Assembly (NCBI GenBank): GCA_964187785.1
Contig: OZ076409.1
Coordinates: 89,034,001 to 89,098,000, forward strand
Origin: Amphiscolops sp. MND2022
Taxonomy: Eukaryota
Direction: 5' to 3'
Length of the DNA: 64,000 nt
Part shown: positions 1 through 14,906 of the stretch, piece after piece
Layout of the letters: each line of letters opens with the position of its first letter
Position numbering within the stretch: position 1 is the stretch's first letter
Notes under the pieces: generated by a model
Seen by the model: only the letters and a program-made list of their open reading frames with translations
The model's database searches: none
Told to the model about the DNA's origin: nothing
Program-made: the position numbers and the translations under genes

Positions 1-1137
1 TTAGTGCAAAAGGTCCCCATTCCATTTATTTCATTTTTAACGTAAAATACAAAACCGGAGGAGACTATAGGATCTCCCCTTTGAAGTTTTTTCGAGACTG
101 TGAATTTTTTTGTCTTCAAAGGGTCCCCTTTCAATTTTTCTGATCTTTTGCAGAAAACTAGAGTTTCAATGCACAAAGGGTCTCTCCTTCTAAATTTTTC
201 GGCGCTATGAGACTGTTTCAAAATTCTCTTTTTTAGTCTGAAATTGGGTTTTCTCAATATATTCGAATTGACGTATTATCCGAGGTAAAGCGCTATATCC
301 GAATTTCTGACGTTATATCCGAACTTTATTGCGTTTTAATACGGAGGAGGCAGAGGTTTGAAAACATGAATTTTTCATGAAAACGGCCCACACATATTTT
401 AAAAACTGCGAGTTTTGAGCCTTAGATATAGTGCCGACTTTAGACGTTCTTTAGACTTGTTTTATTTATTATTGCTTGAGCAAAAATAATAACTTGGGCT
501 TCAGATAAGATGGAGACCAGGTTTTCCATTCTCGCTACAATTCGGAAGGTCTTTGGTTAGCAGTCACAGTAACGCAAATTTTCAAGAGCAGTGTTTTGTA
601 TAACGGTCCAAAAAGGTTAAAAAAAACTTGTTCGTCGGTTCTCATCTCACTGTGAAAAGATATAAAGCCACTGGAACAAGGACTAAAATTTCTAGAAGAT
701 GATCTAAAACTCACCAGAACAACAAACTTTCCTCCCAAAAACCCCTGAAAGGTCCAAACACCCTACACGTTGGTTCTTACTTCACTGTACTACGATCTAA
801 AGTCATTGGAATAAGGACTCAAACCGCTGGAATAATCTAAAATTCCCTAGAACGACAATATTTTCTCCAATTGCATCTATGAAATCCCTTGAATCCAAAA
901 AAACCTTGTACATCGATTCTCATTTCAACGTAGTAAGATCTAAAACTACTGGAATAAGGTCTAAAAGTCTTCAGTACAACGATGATTGCTTCAATCTTAT
1001 TCTAGAGATTTTGAATCTTCAGAAGAAATCAATGTCTACGCTAGAAAATTGCGTGAAGAACCCGCCAAATGTTGTCATACGAATGTGACTATTTGGAGAA
1101 CTCTTGACCAAAAATTTGAAATCTTAGAATTTTTCCC

Positions 1138-1291
1138 ATCTTAGTAAGATTCCATCCTGGGATATTGATACATCTTAGTCAGATCTTAGCATGAATCTTG
1201 CCATGGGATCCATGGTTACCAAGATGTAATAAGAATTTGACAAAATCTTGCCATGACAGCCAGTATGCTAGAAAAAGGGTCAACCTGGGTA
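1138..1291. repeat. Right-end fragment of the same TA-MITE family
   Basis: ATCTTGCCATGGGATCCATGGTTACCAAGATG...GGGTCAACCTGGGTA matches 33280-33378. Confidence 0.7.
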
Positions 1292-2844
1292 AGCTTGGAG
1301 CAGCCCAGACAAAAAAGTGCAAATTGCACTTCTTCAAAAAATTCGTTTTTGGATTGGAAACAGAAAATTGCTGCCTGAGATTTACCATTTTCCTATGTCA
1401 TACTTAATTTGAAGGGGCTCTCCCATAGCTGATATAAACTTAGTTTCGTGTCATATGTTGTGTAGAGGCTTTTTGGTCTGACCGGAATGACCCCGAAAAG
1501 ACACCAAAAAATCAAAATTTTCCAAATTTTAACTTCACATGCAAATACTGTAGTTTTTCAATAATGTGATATTTTTTCGTGCGATAATTAATTCGTGAAT
1601 TATAAAAAGTAATCACTTCCAAGGTTTAAAAAAAACAGCTATCCTGTACGCTTTTTTGCAGAGAAATTTCAAAGATTTTGTTGAAAAATTGTCTCAAAAT
1701 GCCCCCCAAACTAACTAAAAATTTCAAAATTTTTGTTGCCAGAGACATTAAAAATCTTTTCTGGGACTCCAAAATGAATTCTTAGAAACTGCTTCAAAAG
1801 TCACACAATATACTGAAAAATAAATGCAGGGAAAGAAACGTTTCTTCACGTTTTTTGTTTTTTTTTTTGGTTTCAACTAAAAACAGATGCGCGTGTTTTA
1901 TGACTAGGCTATCAAACAAGTATGTATCAATTGACAAGGGTTAGACAAGCATTCTCCCAGCCCTAGGCGACGTTACTCTTGATGGATGTTACATATCTTT
2001 GAATGTGAGTCTTACAGGAAAAACTTCAAAGAAAAATTTATGTGCTCTATGTATTCAAACTCAATACAGATGAAACTTTCTTTTTCATTTCAAACTTAAC
2101 AACATATTGTTCTTGTTTTGCTTTTTCCAAATATGATTGGAATCCTTACAGTCGTTTTTGAAGCTATGGTTCAACGTCTAGAGCGTTTACTATGTTTCTC
2201 TGTTGAAAGAATGGGACAATTCAGATTTATAAATTGACGCTGTTTTATTGCAAAGTTAGTCAATAGTAACATACTGTAAGTTAAAGCAATTAGCAACGTT
2301 ATCTGTACCGATCATTGCCAGCCGGTAGATAGGTATTTAGATTATTGATAACCGTCTAAAAAGGCTGTTATCTAAAATTCATGTCTGGGCACTTCTGTGG
2401 TGATCTCATGCTATGCCGCATCGTGGACGTAAATAAACCTAAAAACGTCCCTTTGCTGTTGATCCCTTAGTGCTGATAATTTCAAATCCATTTTCGCCTT
2501 TACTTTTTTATGATAGCTATCTACCTAGGAATTGCATGGGTACGCATCAAGTTATTTACAAAGTGCTTGGAAGTTTTACAGAACGTTTCCATGCATACTC
2601 CCTGAATTTTCCATGTTTTGATTTAAAATATTAGTCAGCATGCTTCCATGTACGATGTCTCGGAAGATGTACGGAAAATTCAAGCAGTCTCCACAAGGGT
2701 GAAGTTAATTCCTAGCCCGTCAAGTGATTGTAATCATCGTATTTGTTTAGTACATAACTTCATTTTTCACTATTGAGCAACCTAGTGTGGCCTGAATTTC
2801 GGACAATTTTCTATTTCAATCCCCGTTTGTTCTTCTCTTTTATT

Positions 2845-3298
2845 TTTTAGTCGGCGCCTTTTCCCTTAAGGAAAAAATCCCGAATCTTACAGTGAGTAGT
2901 TTTTTTTGTTCATCTTTCATATTTGTTCATCTTCGAACAAGCCGGAGAGCGTGGGTTCGATTCTCGCACTAAACCATAAATTTTTTAATGGTTACAAAAG
3001 TACAGGTGAGACTAAAGGATCCCCCCTTTGGGTTTTTTCGGCACTATGCGACTTTTTTTCGAAAATTTTCGAATTTTATCAAAGGGTACCCCCTTGCATT
3101 TTTTTGAAGTTTTCGGTCTGTAGAAAACGTTGAATGAGCCTAAATGACCGCTTTTTAGGTTTTTCGGCATTGTGCGATTTTTTTACCAAATACATTTTTG
3201 GAAAAAAATAATTTTTTTTCCAAATATTTCCAATAGTTGTTCCTTGAATATTTTCGAGCCTAAGATATGGCGCCGACTTGGGACGTTCCCGTCTTGTT
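2845..3298 (+). repeat. Dispersed short element, Helentron/HINE (DINE-1)-like; representative copy
   Basis: 5' TTTTAGTCGGCGC, subterminal inverted GCGCCGACTT, small 3' hairpin, then CTTGTT. Related full or partial copies at about 1-461, 9240-10070, 13175-13733, 33389-33872, 34961-35361, 47376-47785, 48087-48465, 53321-53882, 54535-55100 and 61378-61730. Confidence 0.7.
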
Positions 3299-6200
3299 AT
3301 CTCCTATCTTAGGGGTACTGTGCACATCGGTTTACTCAGTACTCGTCGTCGTCAAGAAAGAAAACTTCGAAACTACTTAAACATCTTTTGAAGGCGTTCG
3401 GTCTAGGATGTGATGCAATTTGCACACATCCCGTGCAGTGTCAATGAACGGTCCCCTGATCATTAAAAAACACGAGGAGTGCAATTTTTCACTGCATCGT
3501 ACATTTACCGCAGGTCAAAAATAGAATACGTGGTGTAACAAAAAAGTGGTATCACATATTGGTGTCACAAAGAAGTGGTGTCAAATCGAATCATTTTTCT
3601 GAAACCTATTCGATCTCCGAGGCAAATTTACCAATAACATGATGATATTGACAGAAAATTGTCTCCGTGATAGTTCAAGTGGGACAATTTTTGAGAATGA
3701 ACTAAGATGACAGCTAAACTTCCGTTTAGGTATACCTGATTAAATCGGGGCAACGATTATTCTTGGTAGTCAATTTCCAAAACACGTTGAGCCGTTGAGG
3801 AAGAATAAAATGAGTTGTTTTCTTGCAAAAATGACAGCAAATTATTGAACCGGTAAAAACAATTTACAAACGCTCCGACAGTTTTTTTCATTTTAAACAA
3901 TGGATAATGTCACTGCACATTAAGGATTTGAACCATTTAAAAACGAAAAAAGGCTAAGTTGAAAGAAACTCAGAGGACAATCATTGCGTAATTACTGTCT
4001 CCCACAACCAACCTTTGGGGGGGATGGAGGCAGATTGTTAACAAGGTATAAGTTGGGGTGTCTGTATGAAGATATGTTTTAATGAGCTTTTTTTGTATTT
4101 TTAACCAAACCTTATTCATATTTGTCGAAATAAACCTAATGAGCATTTTAACAAGTTTTTTCACTAGCGTTTGATGCTGATTGAGCTCAGTGTCATCGGC
4201 TACTTCTTTCTGATTATTTTTAAAACTCAATAGCGGTCAGAAAATTCACGATAAAATCAATGATGGATCGATTGTATTTTCACAGGGCTATTACCGTTAC
4301 ATCAACCCCAAAATGGATGCAAAGAGGCTTGCATGGGGTGACCGCAGGTTAAAAGTGAAGGACAGGAGTATGCAGAATCTCAGATCTTTCATCGGGCCAA
4401 TGTCTCAGTACGGGAGTCAGAAAAGAGGATGAGAACCAACACACATATGACAGTCTTGGTAAGTTTTGAAACAGTCATGTCAGTATTTTTGGGAACATCA
4501 AAACTATGGAAAACTCCGAAATACTTTCAACTTTTGCTATGGAAAGTACATGGAAAAATCTGCACCCTTGATCTTACTAAACGTTACATCGGGTATTACA
4601 ACTCGACAATTAAAGTAGCTTCTCGACGTTTGAATAACACTGAAAGTGATTGACATTTTTCCTAGAAGATCCGAAAGAATCCAAAACGGCCAAGGTGTGC
4701 TTGCTTAAAAAAATTTCACACTTCATTTTTAATTGCGCAGAAACTCGTTTTAAAGTACAAAGGCCCGGTTGGAATACTTTACAGCACTGGGCGATTCCTC
4801 AGAATTCTTTACATATTCACCCTGAGCATACACAAGAGACTTCGGACATTTCGGCAACAACCTATGCCGATCCCTGCTTGTTTTTTTTCTCAATTGGAGT
4901 CAGTCAACAGGTCGATGAAATTTTAAAACATTTGCAACTTTTTTTCAAACTCGTTTTTCAAACATGTACCATATATGTGTGTACTCAGATCTCCGATGTT
5001 CATAGAGAAACAAATACTGTTATCAATCGGCAATATCAACTGATTTGCTTTATACCTCATACCCTAAACTTTAAAATGTTAACTATGAATATCTAGTACG
5101 CGTAAACGGTCGGTTTCTCAAGTTTTATCAACAATCGAAAGACGATCCTTATGTGGTTGCCAAATGAATGAGTTCGTGATGTAACGTCAAGCAGTAAGGG
5201 GTAGCTTAATACGTTACGCGAGAGAAAGGACGAGCGCAAATGACTATGGTGTCCGAGACTGACGTTACAAGCACACTCTACCTCCGATTCGATTGCGTCC
5301 CGATGGATGAGAATCCATCTCTAAAGGATGCTTCTTAACCATTCCTGGTCTGCTGCTGCTCTCAACGGCATCTTGCTCGCTCTCAGGACCATTCTCGAAA
5401 AGCTTGCAAAAACAAAGCGCAGGAGTTACCAAAGATATAATATCAGAACAATTCTCAGGGTACAAAGTCTGATAGCAGCTTGCATGCATACATATTAAAG
5501 ACATAGATAACAACTGGAATCACGTGAAGTATAGGCAAAATGACACCATTTCTTCCAGATAGCAAGTTGGGGTTTCCACAGGCACTCCTAATAAAGAGTT
5601 TACGCTGTCTGCATTTTCTGGAAAGAGTTCACTTCTTCTGGTTACGATAAGCCTTTTTTCATAGAAGGGGATACGCGCGCGCACTTTAACACTTTTTTGG
5701 TTGCTGGGTATCAAATAAGTACTATGGTTTTGCACTTCTGTTCACCATGGGTGACTTATTGCCCGACTGGCAGGTACTTTGAGACAAGCTTCGGCTGTTG
5801 AGTGAATCTGCTTCGAACGAATTTAGGACATTTGCTCGCACATTACTGGAATTCTGATATCAGTTTGACTATATTCGAGGGATGCGTTACAAATTTTAAC
5901 AACTAACCTCTAATGACTTTTATTACAACTTAAGTCAAGTCCGACATTCCATTTTTCTAATACCTTTTAAAAGTTTGCAAGATAATGCAAATCACGTTGA
6001 ATTCCGTAGATGAATCTTGCAAGGTCTTAGTGTATCTTGCATTCCTTGCAAAGATCTTGCAGAATCTTGCAAGGAAATAATTTGCTTGCAAAATCTTGCA
6101 AGAAAGGTTTTGCTTAACGGGTCCAACAACTACATTTACTTGCAGGATCTCATACGGAATGAAATCGTATCCGGAATGAAAGAAACTTTTCTTTGATACC

Positions 6201-9200
6201 AAAATTTGGGATTATCACTAGCCAGAATCGTTCCAATTGTTTGAATCTTGGGCAAGAAATTTGCATATTCGAGGCATTACTTCCAATTTTCTGGAAACTG
6301 CAAGAATAATGCATTGCGTTGCTAAGATCTCGGAGACACTTTTGGAAAAATGATAAACACATTTTATTTTCACTCACCTATGGCATTTTTGAGGAGACGT
6401 GAAATATAGTTTCTTACAGTTACAGTTACAGTTATAGTTACAGTTTTCAAATTTATTGGTTCTTTTGACTGCGAGGAGTGAATGACGAAACTTCTTGGCT
6501 TGAAGAGTGAACTGTTTTGGCCTGAAAGTTTTTGACACATTTTTTGCTGAATTTGATGACAAACAACTTGTTTCGAATGACTTCGAATTGAATAACTTTG
6601 TTTCAGGCTCTCAACAGGGGAGAAGGGAGCTTTTTGTGTCCATTTATGGATGATGCATATCAAACAGAAGAGCAGTGGGCATTGGAACTCTCTTCTGTAT
6701 CATCTTATTTGTTACAAACAGCCCCATCTACACCAATCACAATTCCTGCAATTGTATTTTGATTGGCTCAGAATTGCTTAATTTCATTTGTATCAAGAGC
6801 TTTGGAAATAAATGTTCTGGAATGGACCTTTCTTCACAACAATCTTCGAGTAACACTCTCGTAAACGAACATTTCATGAAGCAAACTTTCTTGAACAGAT
6901 GCCAAAGTACTAGATTGAACAAGCAATTGAACTTTTGGCTCTTTTCTGAAAACTATTCAGAACAGGGTAAACAAGAAACGATTCATTGCATGAAATGAAG
7001 ATACATGAAAACAGCTAATGACGATATCCGATGACTTAATTTCTCAAGTATCAGCCAAAAATTCCGTCATTTTCAACCATTTGCCTACAGTTTTTGTAGA
7101 GTTTTTCCATGATTTCGTGGATGCGAAGATCTATAAAATTCGAAAATTCGGCTAGTTAGCTATTCAGCACGCTTTTCATAAAAGAATCTATAGACTTCTG
7201 TTAAAGAAATGCCCCCAAGAACTCCAATCCATCGACAGTGTTATGCTATTGTCTTGCACTTACTGGTGGAACTGATAGTTTTAAAAGAAGGATGCGAACT
7301 TTTACATTTTCCCTGAAAAACCCTGATTTCCCGCCAAAGACCAAGAAGTTCGGACGAAAAAAAGTTGATTTGGCACGTTCTTGGATATTTCACGGGAGTA
7401 TTAAGAACCTGGGATTTGAGAAACGAAACATTTAAAGACTTAGTAGACTGTTTTAGGAAATTTAGAGTTTTTTAAACGAAGCACAACATGGGAAACATGA
7501 CGTAATTGTTAGAACATAAGAACATAAGGCTTGTAATAAGGCGCACCAGGCGTATCTTCCTTAACTCACCGTTGTCAGGTCCCAGACAAGTTTTTATCTT
7601 CCGGCCTTCCCCACTAAGTTTTTTGGTCATGACAGAAAAGAGATACTTGGCGGAGATAACAAAAATGAACGGAGCAACAGCGACCAAGTCATACAAGGTG
7701 AACCATAAAATGGTACGCATAAAAATTTGCGTATTCAAAATCGGATTATTCGTATAAACAAGACAATGAAAATCTTAATTTTGTATGTCAATAATTTAGA
7801 AAGAAGCTTTTGTTACATAATCACACCAACTGATGTAGTTTCGTACCACCATCAGGAAAAATCTAGACGTCTTTACCAGTCATTTCGATCTCACTTTCAT
7901 TGTGTGAAATTTCTTTCGCTTCGAAGAATAGATGCTAGTTGAATGATCGACACAAGCGTAAAAAGTTGCTTTAAAAAATTGTTGACAAATATTTGAAACT
8001 TTGAAAAGTCGAAAATATTTGCGTGTTCCGTTTTTTTTGGTTCACCTGGTTTTGAAACAAAAACACCCAAAGCTAAACATTGTTTGACAACTTGATCGCA
8101 ATTCTTATGTCAAACAACCCTTCGGAAAAGTTCCTTCATTAAAGCGTAATTGAAGCGATTCATTAAAGCGTAACTGCTTATTCTGCGACTAACCCGCGGT
8201 ATTGGTGACGGAAAATTTTCAAATTCCTGTCAGTTTCGACTGTTTTTGTGCATTTTAGTGTACATTTCTTCTAAAGGAACAAGTATCGACAAACTTCACC
8301 GAAACAGTATTTGACTACTTAGCATACTTTTGTCAGACAAAACTAATAAGAGGTGTTTCTGAGGACATATCTGAATTGAGCCAAAAAGTATCATTTTTGA
8401 TAGTTTTATCACTGTTTATACAACATTTGAAAGCTTCGTGATTGGATTTTAACAGATTTCAACAATTAAAAAAATGGTTTCTTAGAACACCTTTTATAGA
8501 ACATAAAAGAACCTAGAAGCAAAAAGTCAAGTTTTTACTTTTCAAGTTTTTGTGCAGGTTTCGAACGTTAATGACGAGCTTTTTTAATATTGATCGAGGC
8601 TTTTTGGATAATGTCGTTGCTGGAATAAATAAATCAGCGTGTAATGTGCATCAGAAAATGGAAAGACAATTACTGGAGATGACAAAAACTACATAAGTTG
8701 TATATATTTCACATGAAAAAAAATCTCCCAACCGTATTGTTTCCAAAAATTTGCTATTGTTTTCTTTGTAAATACTCAGAAGAATTTTTGGTTTGTTCAA
8801 TTTTTGAATCAAAATTTTTGGCACTTTGGTAGAATTTCTAAAGAAAGAAATTTCATTTTTTTTGGAAGAATAACGTTCATTGGCTAGTACGAAAGCTGCG
8901 ATGCATCCGAAAATGCCAAGAAACAATGAAATTTTCTTGAAAATTTCCATAACATGTTTCGTGGAAATACAGCTAATTGTAACGTTTTCTCCCATAGCAA
9001 TTTCAAAAAGTGTGTGATCAGTTCAATTTTTTCCTGAACTCATTGGAATTGATTGCATTACTTTTTTTGAACGAAAGATGTCTCTTAATAAGAACAATTT
9101 TATTCAATGTTGTACTTGAATTCACTGAGTTTCAGCCCCATAGTATGCTAATGGTTCCGGTTTTCTATGCTCTCATGCATGGTCCATGCGATTCTTTGTT

Positions 9201-10942
9201 GAAAAGCTACAATGCATGGAATCACAATGACTCTCAGAGTAGGCAAATACCTAACAAGTCGGGAACCAATGAGTGCCTTTCATGCTCGATAGGACTCGGA
9301 AACAAGTTTCTCAACTGGAAAAAAAACACTTTTTTGAAAAAAATGGGTTTTATTTGGAAAATGACTCATAGTGCTGAAAACCTTAAGGTGTCCTCTATGC
9401 TCGCAAAAAGTTCCGCTTCTAGTAAAAGTCGAGAGCTTTGATAAAAACAAATTGGAAAAAATTCGCATAGCGTCGAAAAAACGACGGTCTTAAAGAAACA
9501 AAATTCGGATATAACGTGCTGGTTCGCAGGGAAAACCAAATTTTAGAACGAAAAATGGCCATTTTGAAAAATCCCACACTGCCGAAAAATATATAAACCG
9601 TTGGGCTTTTTGAAAATCCAGTTTGTTACAAAACTTCAAAAAAATTTGCAGACCTTTGGAGACAAAAAAAATTCGAAAAAAAAGCGAAAAGTGAGAATTT
9701 TAAACTCTCAGAATTTTAGTCTCATAGTGCCAAAAATGTAAAATGGGCGACCCTTTGGAATTTATTAACATCTATTCTGTTGCAAATTATCAAAAAATGA
9801 AGGGGGACTCTTTGATTCAACGGAAAAAATTCGAAAAAAGTCTCATAGTCGAGAAGACATCTAAGTTAAAAACACTTGGAGCACTAAAAAGTTATCCTTC
9901 GTATCTTTTAGCGGTTATGGACGTCGTTTTTATTTTGGTGGAGGCTCTGACGTATCCAGTATGTTTTGGACATGCGTAGTTCAAGTTGCACAAATGAACA
10001 AAAAAGTGGACGACCATACGCGTAAAAAATGCCCACTGTATGAGTCGGACACTTTTCCAGAAAATTGCTGACATAAAAGAATCTTGGAGAAAGCTTCCCG
10101 GCTTGTGATTCTTGTTGTCAATCAATCAACGGAGTCATTTTGACAACATTTCTGTGTGCCTGAAATTTTGAAATTTCATCTGAAAATCCGAGTTTCATAG
10201 AAATTCTCGACCTATTGAATAACCAAGTGTTTTATCAATAATACGCACACGAGGTTCATAACATGACCATGGATGTTTATATTGGCAGATATTTTGCCAT
10301 TTTCTGCATACCAAGACGCGCGCTTAGCACCGGGAAATTTTCCGCGACACGCTTATTGCAAACAAAAAATATGGAGAAGTAGAGGTTCGAGCCCACAACC
10401 TACTGGCAGGGAAACAAACAAAATTCAAGCGCCTTCCCGGATTCGAACCTGACTGAGCCACCAAAATTGAAGTAACTCAGTTGTAACTATCGCTAGTAAA
10501 TCACTCCATGGAGTGGAGATAAAGTGGCAGAATTTGTAAAAAAGAACAGACCCATTTAGGTGGGCGGAAAATGACAAAAACTGAAAGATCTGATGTCATC
10601 ATATTACAATCGTGGCTCTGAACAAAGCGTTTTGATCAAATTCAGTTGACTATTAAAACATGCAGGATTTGTAAAAACTGTTGTTTTTCTGTATTTTTTT
10701 AATTTGAAGGATTTAAATTCACATCTTACCCGGTGATAAACACACCGTGATCAAACTTGCAAACACATAAATTTGAACCTTTAACTTTGACGACACTGTT
10801 ACTGATATAGGCATACAAGACGATTTCACAAACTCTTTTTGTACTAAATGAGTTCAAATGTCCGCATGTTGACGACACTGTTACTGATATAGGCATACAA
10901 GACGATTTCACAAACTCTTTTTGTACTAAATTATGTAAGATT

Positions 10943-12771
10943 TGTCCCATGCTGCCGCCTGTGATGGGAATATATATACCATTGAACCGAACCGACCTAC
11001 CTGGAACGCTGCCATTGCAACAAAACTTTCAACCTTTAATGGTATTTTGGGAACTTTATACATATTTTCAGTACTCAAGATTGTTTTCAATACATGTAAA
11101 CGCAGTTACAATTTTGTTTATATTATCTCACAGCAAGCTATACTGAAAGGCAGGAAGCAAATGAGTTCAAATGTCCGCATGCGCAGTATAGCTAGCATAG
11201 CCGTTCTCGGTGGAGTGGCCTGTCATTTAATCACAGTTGATTTGATTTATACTGCGGTATCAATAATCAACCAGAATGGACAGGCTTGGCGACGCAGCCT
11301 TACCGGTCCCAATACGTAAATAGTCAATCAGTTGATGATGCTTTATTAACTGATAAAAGCAAGAAATATTGAAGCCATATTATTCACATACAAATAAAGC
11401 CAAACGTGTATTAGTGTCCTGACTAGCCGTTTTAATATCACTGGTAGAATCATCTTAGACCCCCCCGTTGGTACATCTCGAAGAGCCAAACAAGGCCATT
11501 GGCCGGACGGGTCCTATTGTGCATGAAACAACAGCATGTATAAAACCGATGCAATTTATTTCCTTAGTAGTATTAGCTATATTAGGCCACACGTCACTAC
11601 ACCCTTTTGTGTAAGCCACGACAGATTTTGATAAACAAGACGCCCTCTAAGCACCGGGATATTTTCCTCCCTTTTCGCCTTCATCAACTGAGCCATAGCT
11701 ATTTTGAGAGGGGAATAGGATCTAAACAATAAAATCTAAAATTTAGTGATTTTAGATCTTGTTCCCTTTACCTCTTATTCTCGTCCTGAAATTATAGAAA
11801 TAGTTACTTGACTATTTAGTTACTTGACTCACCACCTGTGGTGGTGAGTCAAAGTTGGCAGAATTTGGAAAAAAAACGCAACATAGATGATGATTTTCCT
11901 CCCCCATTTTGAAATGAGGTGTCGGAAAATAACCCATTTTAAAATGAGGGGTCGAAAATAACAAAAGTGACATCATGTGCCATATTTAGAAATATGAATT
12001 GTTGCTACTTTTAGATGCATTGTAAATTCAGCAGTATGATCACAGTAAAGCTGTGTGTCATGCCACTTGGGTATACGTACCCAAGTCGGACTTTTAAGGA
12101 CACGGTTTCTTGATCTATGATTTTTACGACTTACTTTGTTAACATTTCACTGTAAAACCTGAATTGATAAACTACATTGCAGGAACAATTCAAGTATTTC
12201 CCTCCTGTACAAACATTAATGCCTTCCACCAAAAGGCAAAACCAAGAAAACTAGAGAAACGGACATATTTTCCGATTACGGTAACAGGGATGTCATGTTA
12301 GGGGAGGGAAATTCGAAACCACTAGATAGAGAGTTAGACAATGTCTTCAATGGCCCTGAAGGTCAACAGGACTCTGAGTCTGTACTAAATAGAGAATGTT
12401 CCTCTCAAGAAAACGAAATCAGGAATATATACAGGAGGAAGAACTCAGTAGGTCACGACAGACTGACAAAGTCCATTGAGATTTTATCAGGCGAATTGAA
12501 TGCTAGAATGTCTAAAGAACTGGACTCACTAGTGGACACGATGAAAGCGCAGATCAATAGAGCAACTAGGTCAGCTATAAACGATAAGGTTTTACCAGAA
12601 TAACTAAATATAGTGGGAAGTCTGCCAGTGGACCAAAACTGTACAGGGACGTGTTCATATTAAAGTGGAATTGGTGTCAGTAATACGTGGAAAAATCGGA
12701 ATGCTAAAATAACAAAAAGGACTCACAGTCTGCATGTGATCTAAGGAAAAACGCGCATTTTACTCCTTACA
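10943..12771 (+). mobile_element. Solo LTR of a diverged relative of the large gypsy family
   Basis: Starts TGTCCCATGCTGCCGCCTGTGATGG (cf. TGTCGCAGGCTGCCGCCTGTGACGG) and encodes the ORF3 tail (SHAAACDG...LPGTLP). It contains a decayed gag N-terminus (MPSTKRQ...DVMLGEG...LSGELNARMSKELD...QINRA..SAIND) and ends ...CCTTACA. The TSD is not clean, so the ends are approximate. Confidence 0.75.
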
Positions 12772-13174
12772 GATGTGTTGCAAATTGTTCGTACCATACG
12801 ATCTTGCAAGAATTTTGCTGGGATTATATTTTATCAATCAACCAAATTTATTCAACCTTAACATTTTTACTGTTTTCGGGACAATTTCCTACATCATCAT
12901 ATTTTTCACTCCAAATAAACCTCTTTCGGACACAATTGAAGAGCTTTACAAATTTTTGGCTCATCGCGAAACATTTCAGCAGGTGTAACCCAAAATGATC
13001 TCTACAACGATGATTTAGGAATACCAATTTCATGATTATTTGATATTGATAACATGGATGATAAATGATTTAGGAAATGATTAAAACTTAAATGAACCAG
13101 CATATTAAACACAAATGATATCTATTGTAAAGATAATCAGACAGAGTAATGGTAAAAAAATTACCTTCTGTTTG

Positions 13175-13733
13175 AACAAGAAGCTGGGAACGGCCTAAGT
13201 CGGCGCTATTTCTAAGGCTTAAAATTGTAAAAGGGGGACCCTTTGGGCTTTGTGAAACTCCAGTTGGTTGCAAAATATGAAAAAAAAATAAGGGGAATCC
13301 CCTTTGGGAGACTTTGAAATATTTTCGAAAAAAAATTGAAAATGAGATTTTGAGCAGTGTCACAATGCCAAAAAATGTAAAAGGGGGACCCCTTGGGAAT
13401 TTTTGACATCAATTGTGTTCCAAAATATCGAAACAAAAGAAAGGGAGACCCTTTGGTGGAATCCAAAAAACTTCAAAAAAAGTCGCATAGTGCCGAAAAA
13501 AGTCCGAGTAAAAAACACCAAGGGGGATCCTATGTTTTCAAGGTTCTGGATGTCGATGTTTTTGTTTTGCACGAGTTTCTGGCGTTTCGTTTCGAGTATG
13601 TTTTGAACGTCCGTAGTTCAAGTTGATGATGTTGAACAATTGAACAAAAAAATGGACCGATCACGCTGAACTGACGAAAAAAAACTAGCCACTGTAAGAG
13701 TCGTGCATTTTCTTCGAAAATGCCGACTAAAAA
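13175..13733 (-). repeat. HINE-like element copy
   Basis: Reverse-complement ends AACAAG...GGGAACGGCCTAAGTCGGCGC and TGCCGACTAAAAA. Confidence 0.7.
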
Positions 13734-14906
13734 GGTTTTCTACGTGTAATCAGAAGTTCGTCAACTGTCACGACTTACTTAATTCACTTCATGAAAACTA
13801 ATAAATCATTTGCTTCATGTATAATGTTTTTGCAGATATTTTTGAATGCATTTTGTTCAAAAATTACTGGTGAGAAAAGAAAATTTTTTTTTGCGTTTGT
13901 GGGCAGCATATCATACCTTATCTTAATGAAATGCATTCAGCATTTCTGACCAAGTGAAGCGTATTGTAGTATTGTTCTCTGGAAAATTGATGATCCTAGC
14001 AAAAAGATTGTCTATTACACAACTGATAATGCACAGTCTGGAAGTGATATCAAACAGAGTCGCTTTTTGTGGAGGTGACGTTGAGTATCCATTAGATGCT
14101 TTTCACAGAAGCCCTCATGCTTAGCTGATTGCTCGTCGATTGTAACCGGATGTCAAAAAATTGTTCAGATAATGACAGTAAGGCCTTGTTATCTTCTCAT
14201 CGATCTTCTAATTGAATTATCCTATTTTTGGCACCTGAAAATTTCACAATGTTTCTAGATGCACTCATAGATCCTATGTTTAGCTCCTATGTAGTTTAGA
14301 CTAACAAGCATTACGCAACATGGCTTGGCCTCAAATGCCTCGACAAGTATTATTTTATGGTAATGATTTCACAGATTCAATATTTTAGTTCAGTGTATCA
14401 GATTTCGACTTCAAGCTCACTTACATGAATTTTTCCTTTCAAAACTTAGTTGAGCACTAAGTCGGAATCTTCGATTTGAAACATTGAATTTCATTGGATT
14501 AATATACATGACATACATTAAGAGTATACAATACAAGAGTATATATATACAAGATGTATACAAAATTCAATGTGGACACAAAATGAGCATAAGTGCTCCT
14601 CAAGTTTGTGCCCATTTGATCAATCTCAGCACAGTCTAGTATTAAAGTATTACTAAAGCACTCACTTCTAGAAAAATATTTCCATCAAATCTCTATGGTT
14701 CATGATGTAGATTGACAAAATGTCCTTGATATACATTTTAATTTAGTTTTTGTTTAAATCTCCTGAGTTCGGAATTAAATTAAAACGTTATCAAATTAAC
14801 GTAATCAAATTATCCTAGCAGAACAGGTGTTGTGTTATTGAGAGAATGCAAAATTTCTGGTCTTTTTTCGCAAATTTTCACTTTTTCCAGTTACTTTTTT
14901 GCCGGT

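Noticed and set aside
6413..6445. (TTACAG)n run, telomere-like
   Set aside because: Only about five imperfect units and not TTAGGG; an ordinary microsatellite.
3970..9468. ORFs of 60-150 aa in the left AT-rich region
   Set aside because: No recognisable motifs, no consistent splice structure, and several overlap repeats.
10372..10465. tRNA-like sequence with GGTTCGA motifs
   Set aside because: No complete cloverleaf; at most a tRNA-derived repeat fragment.
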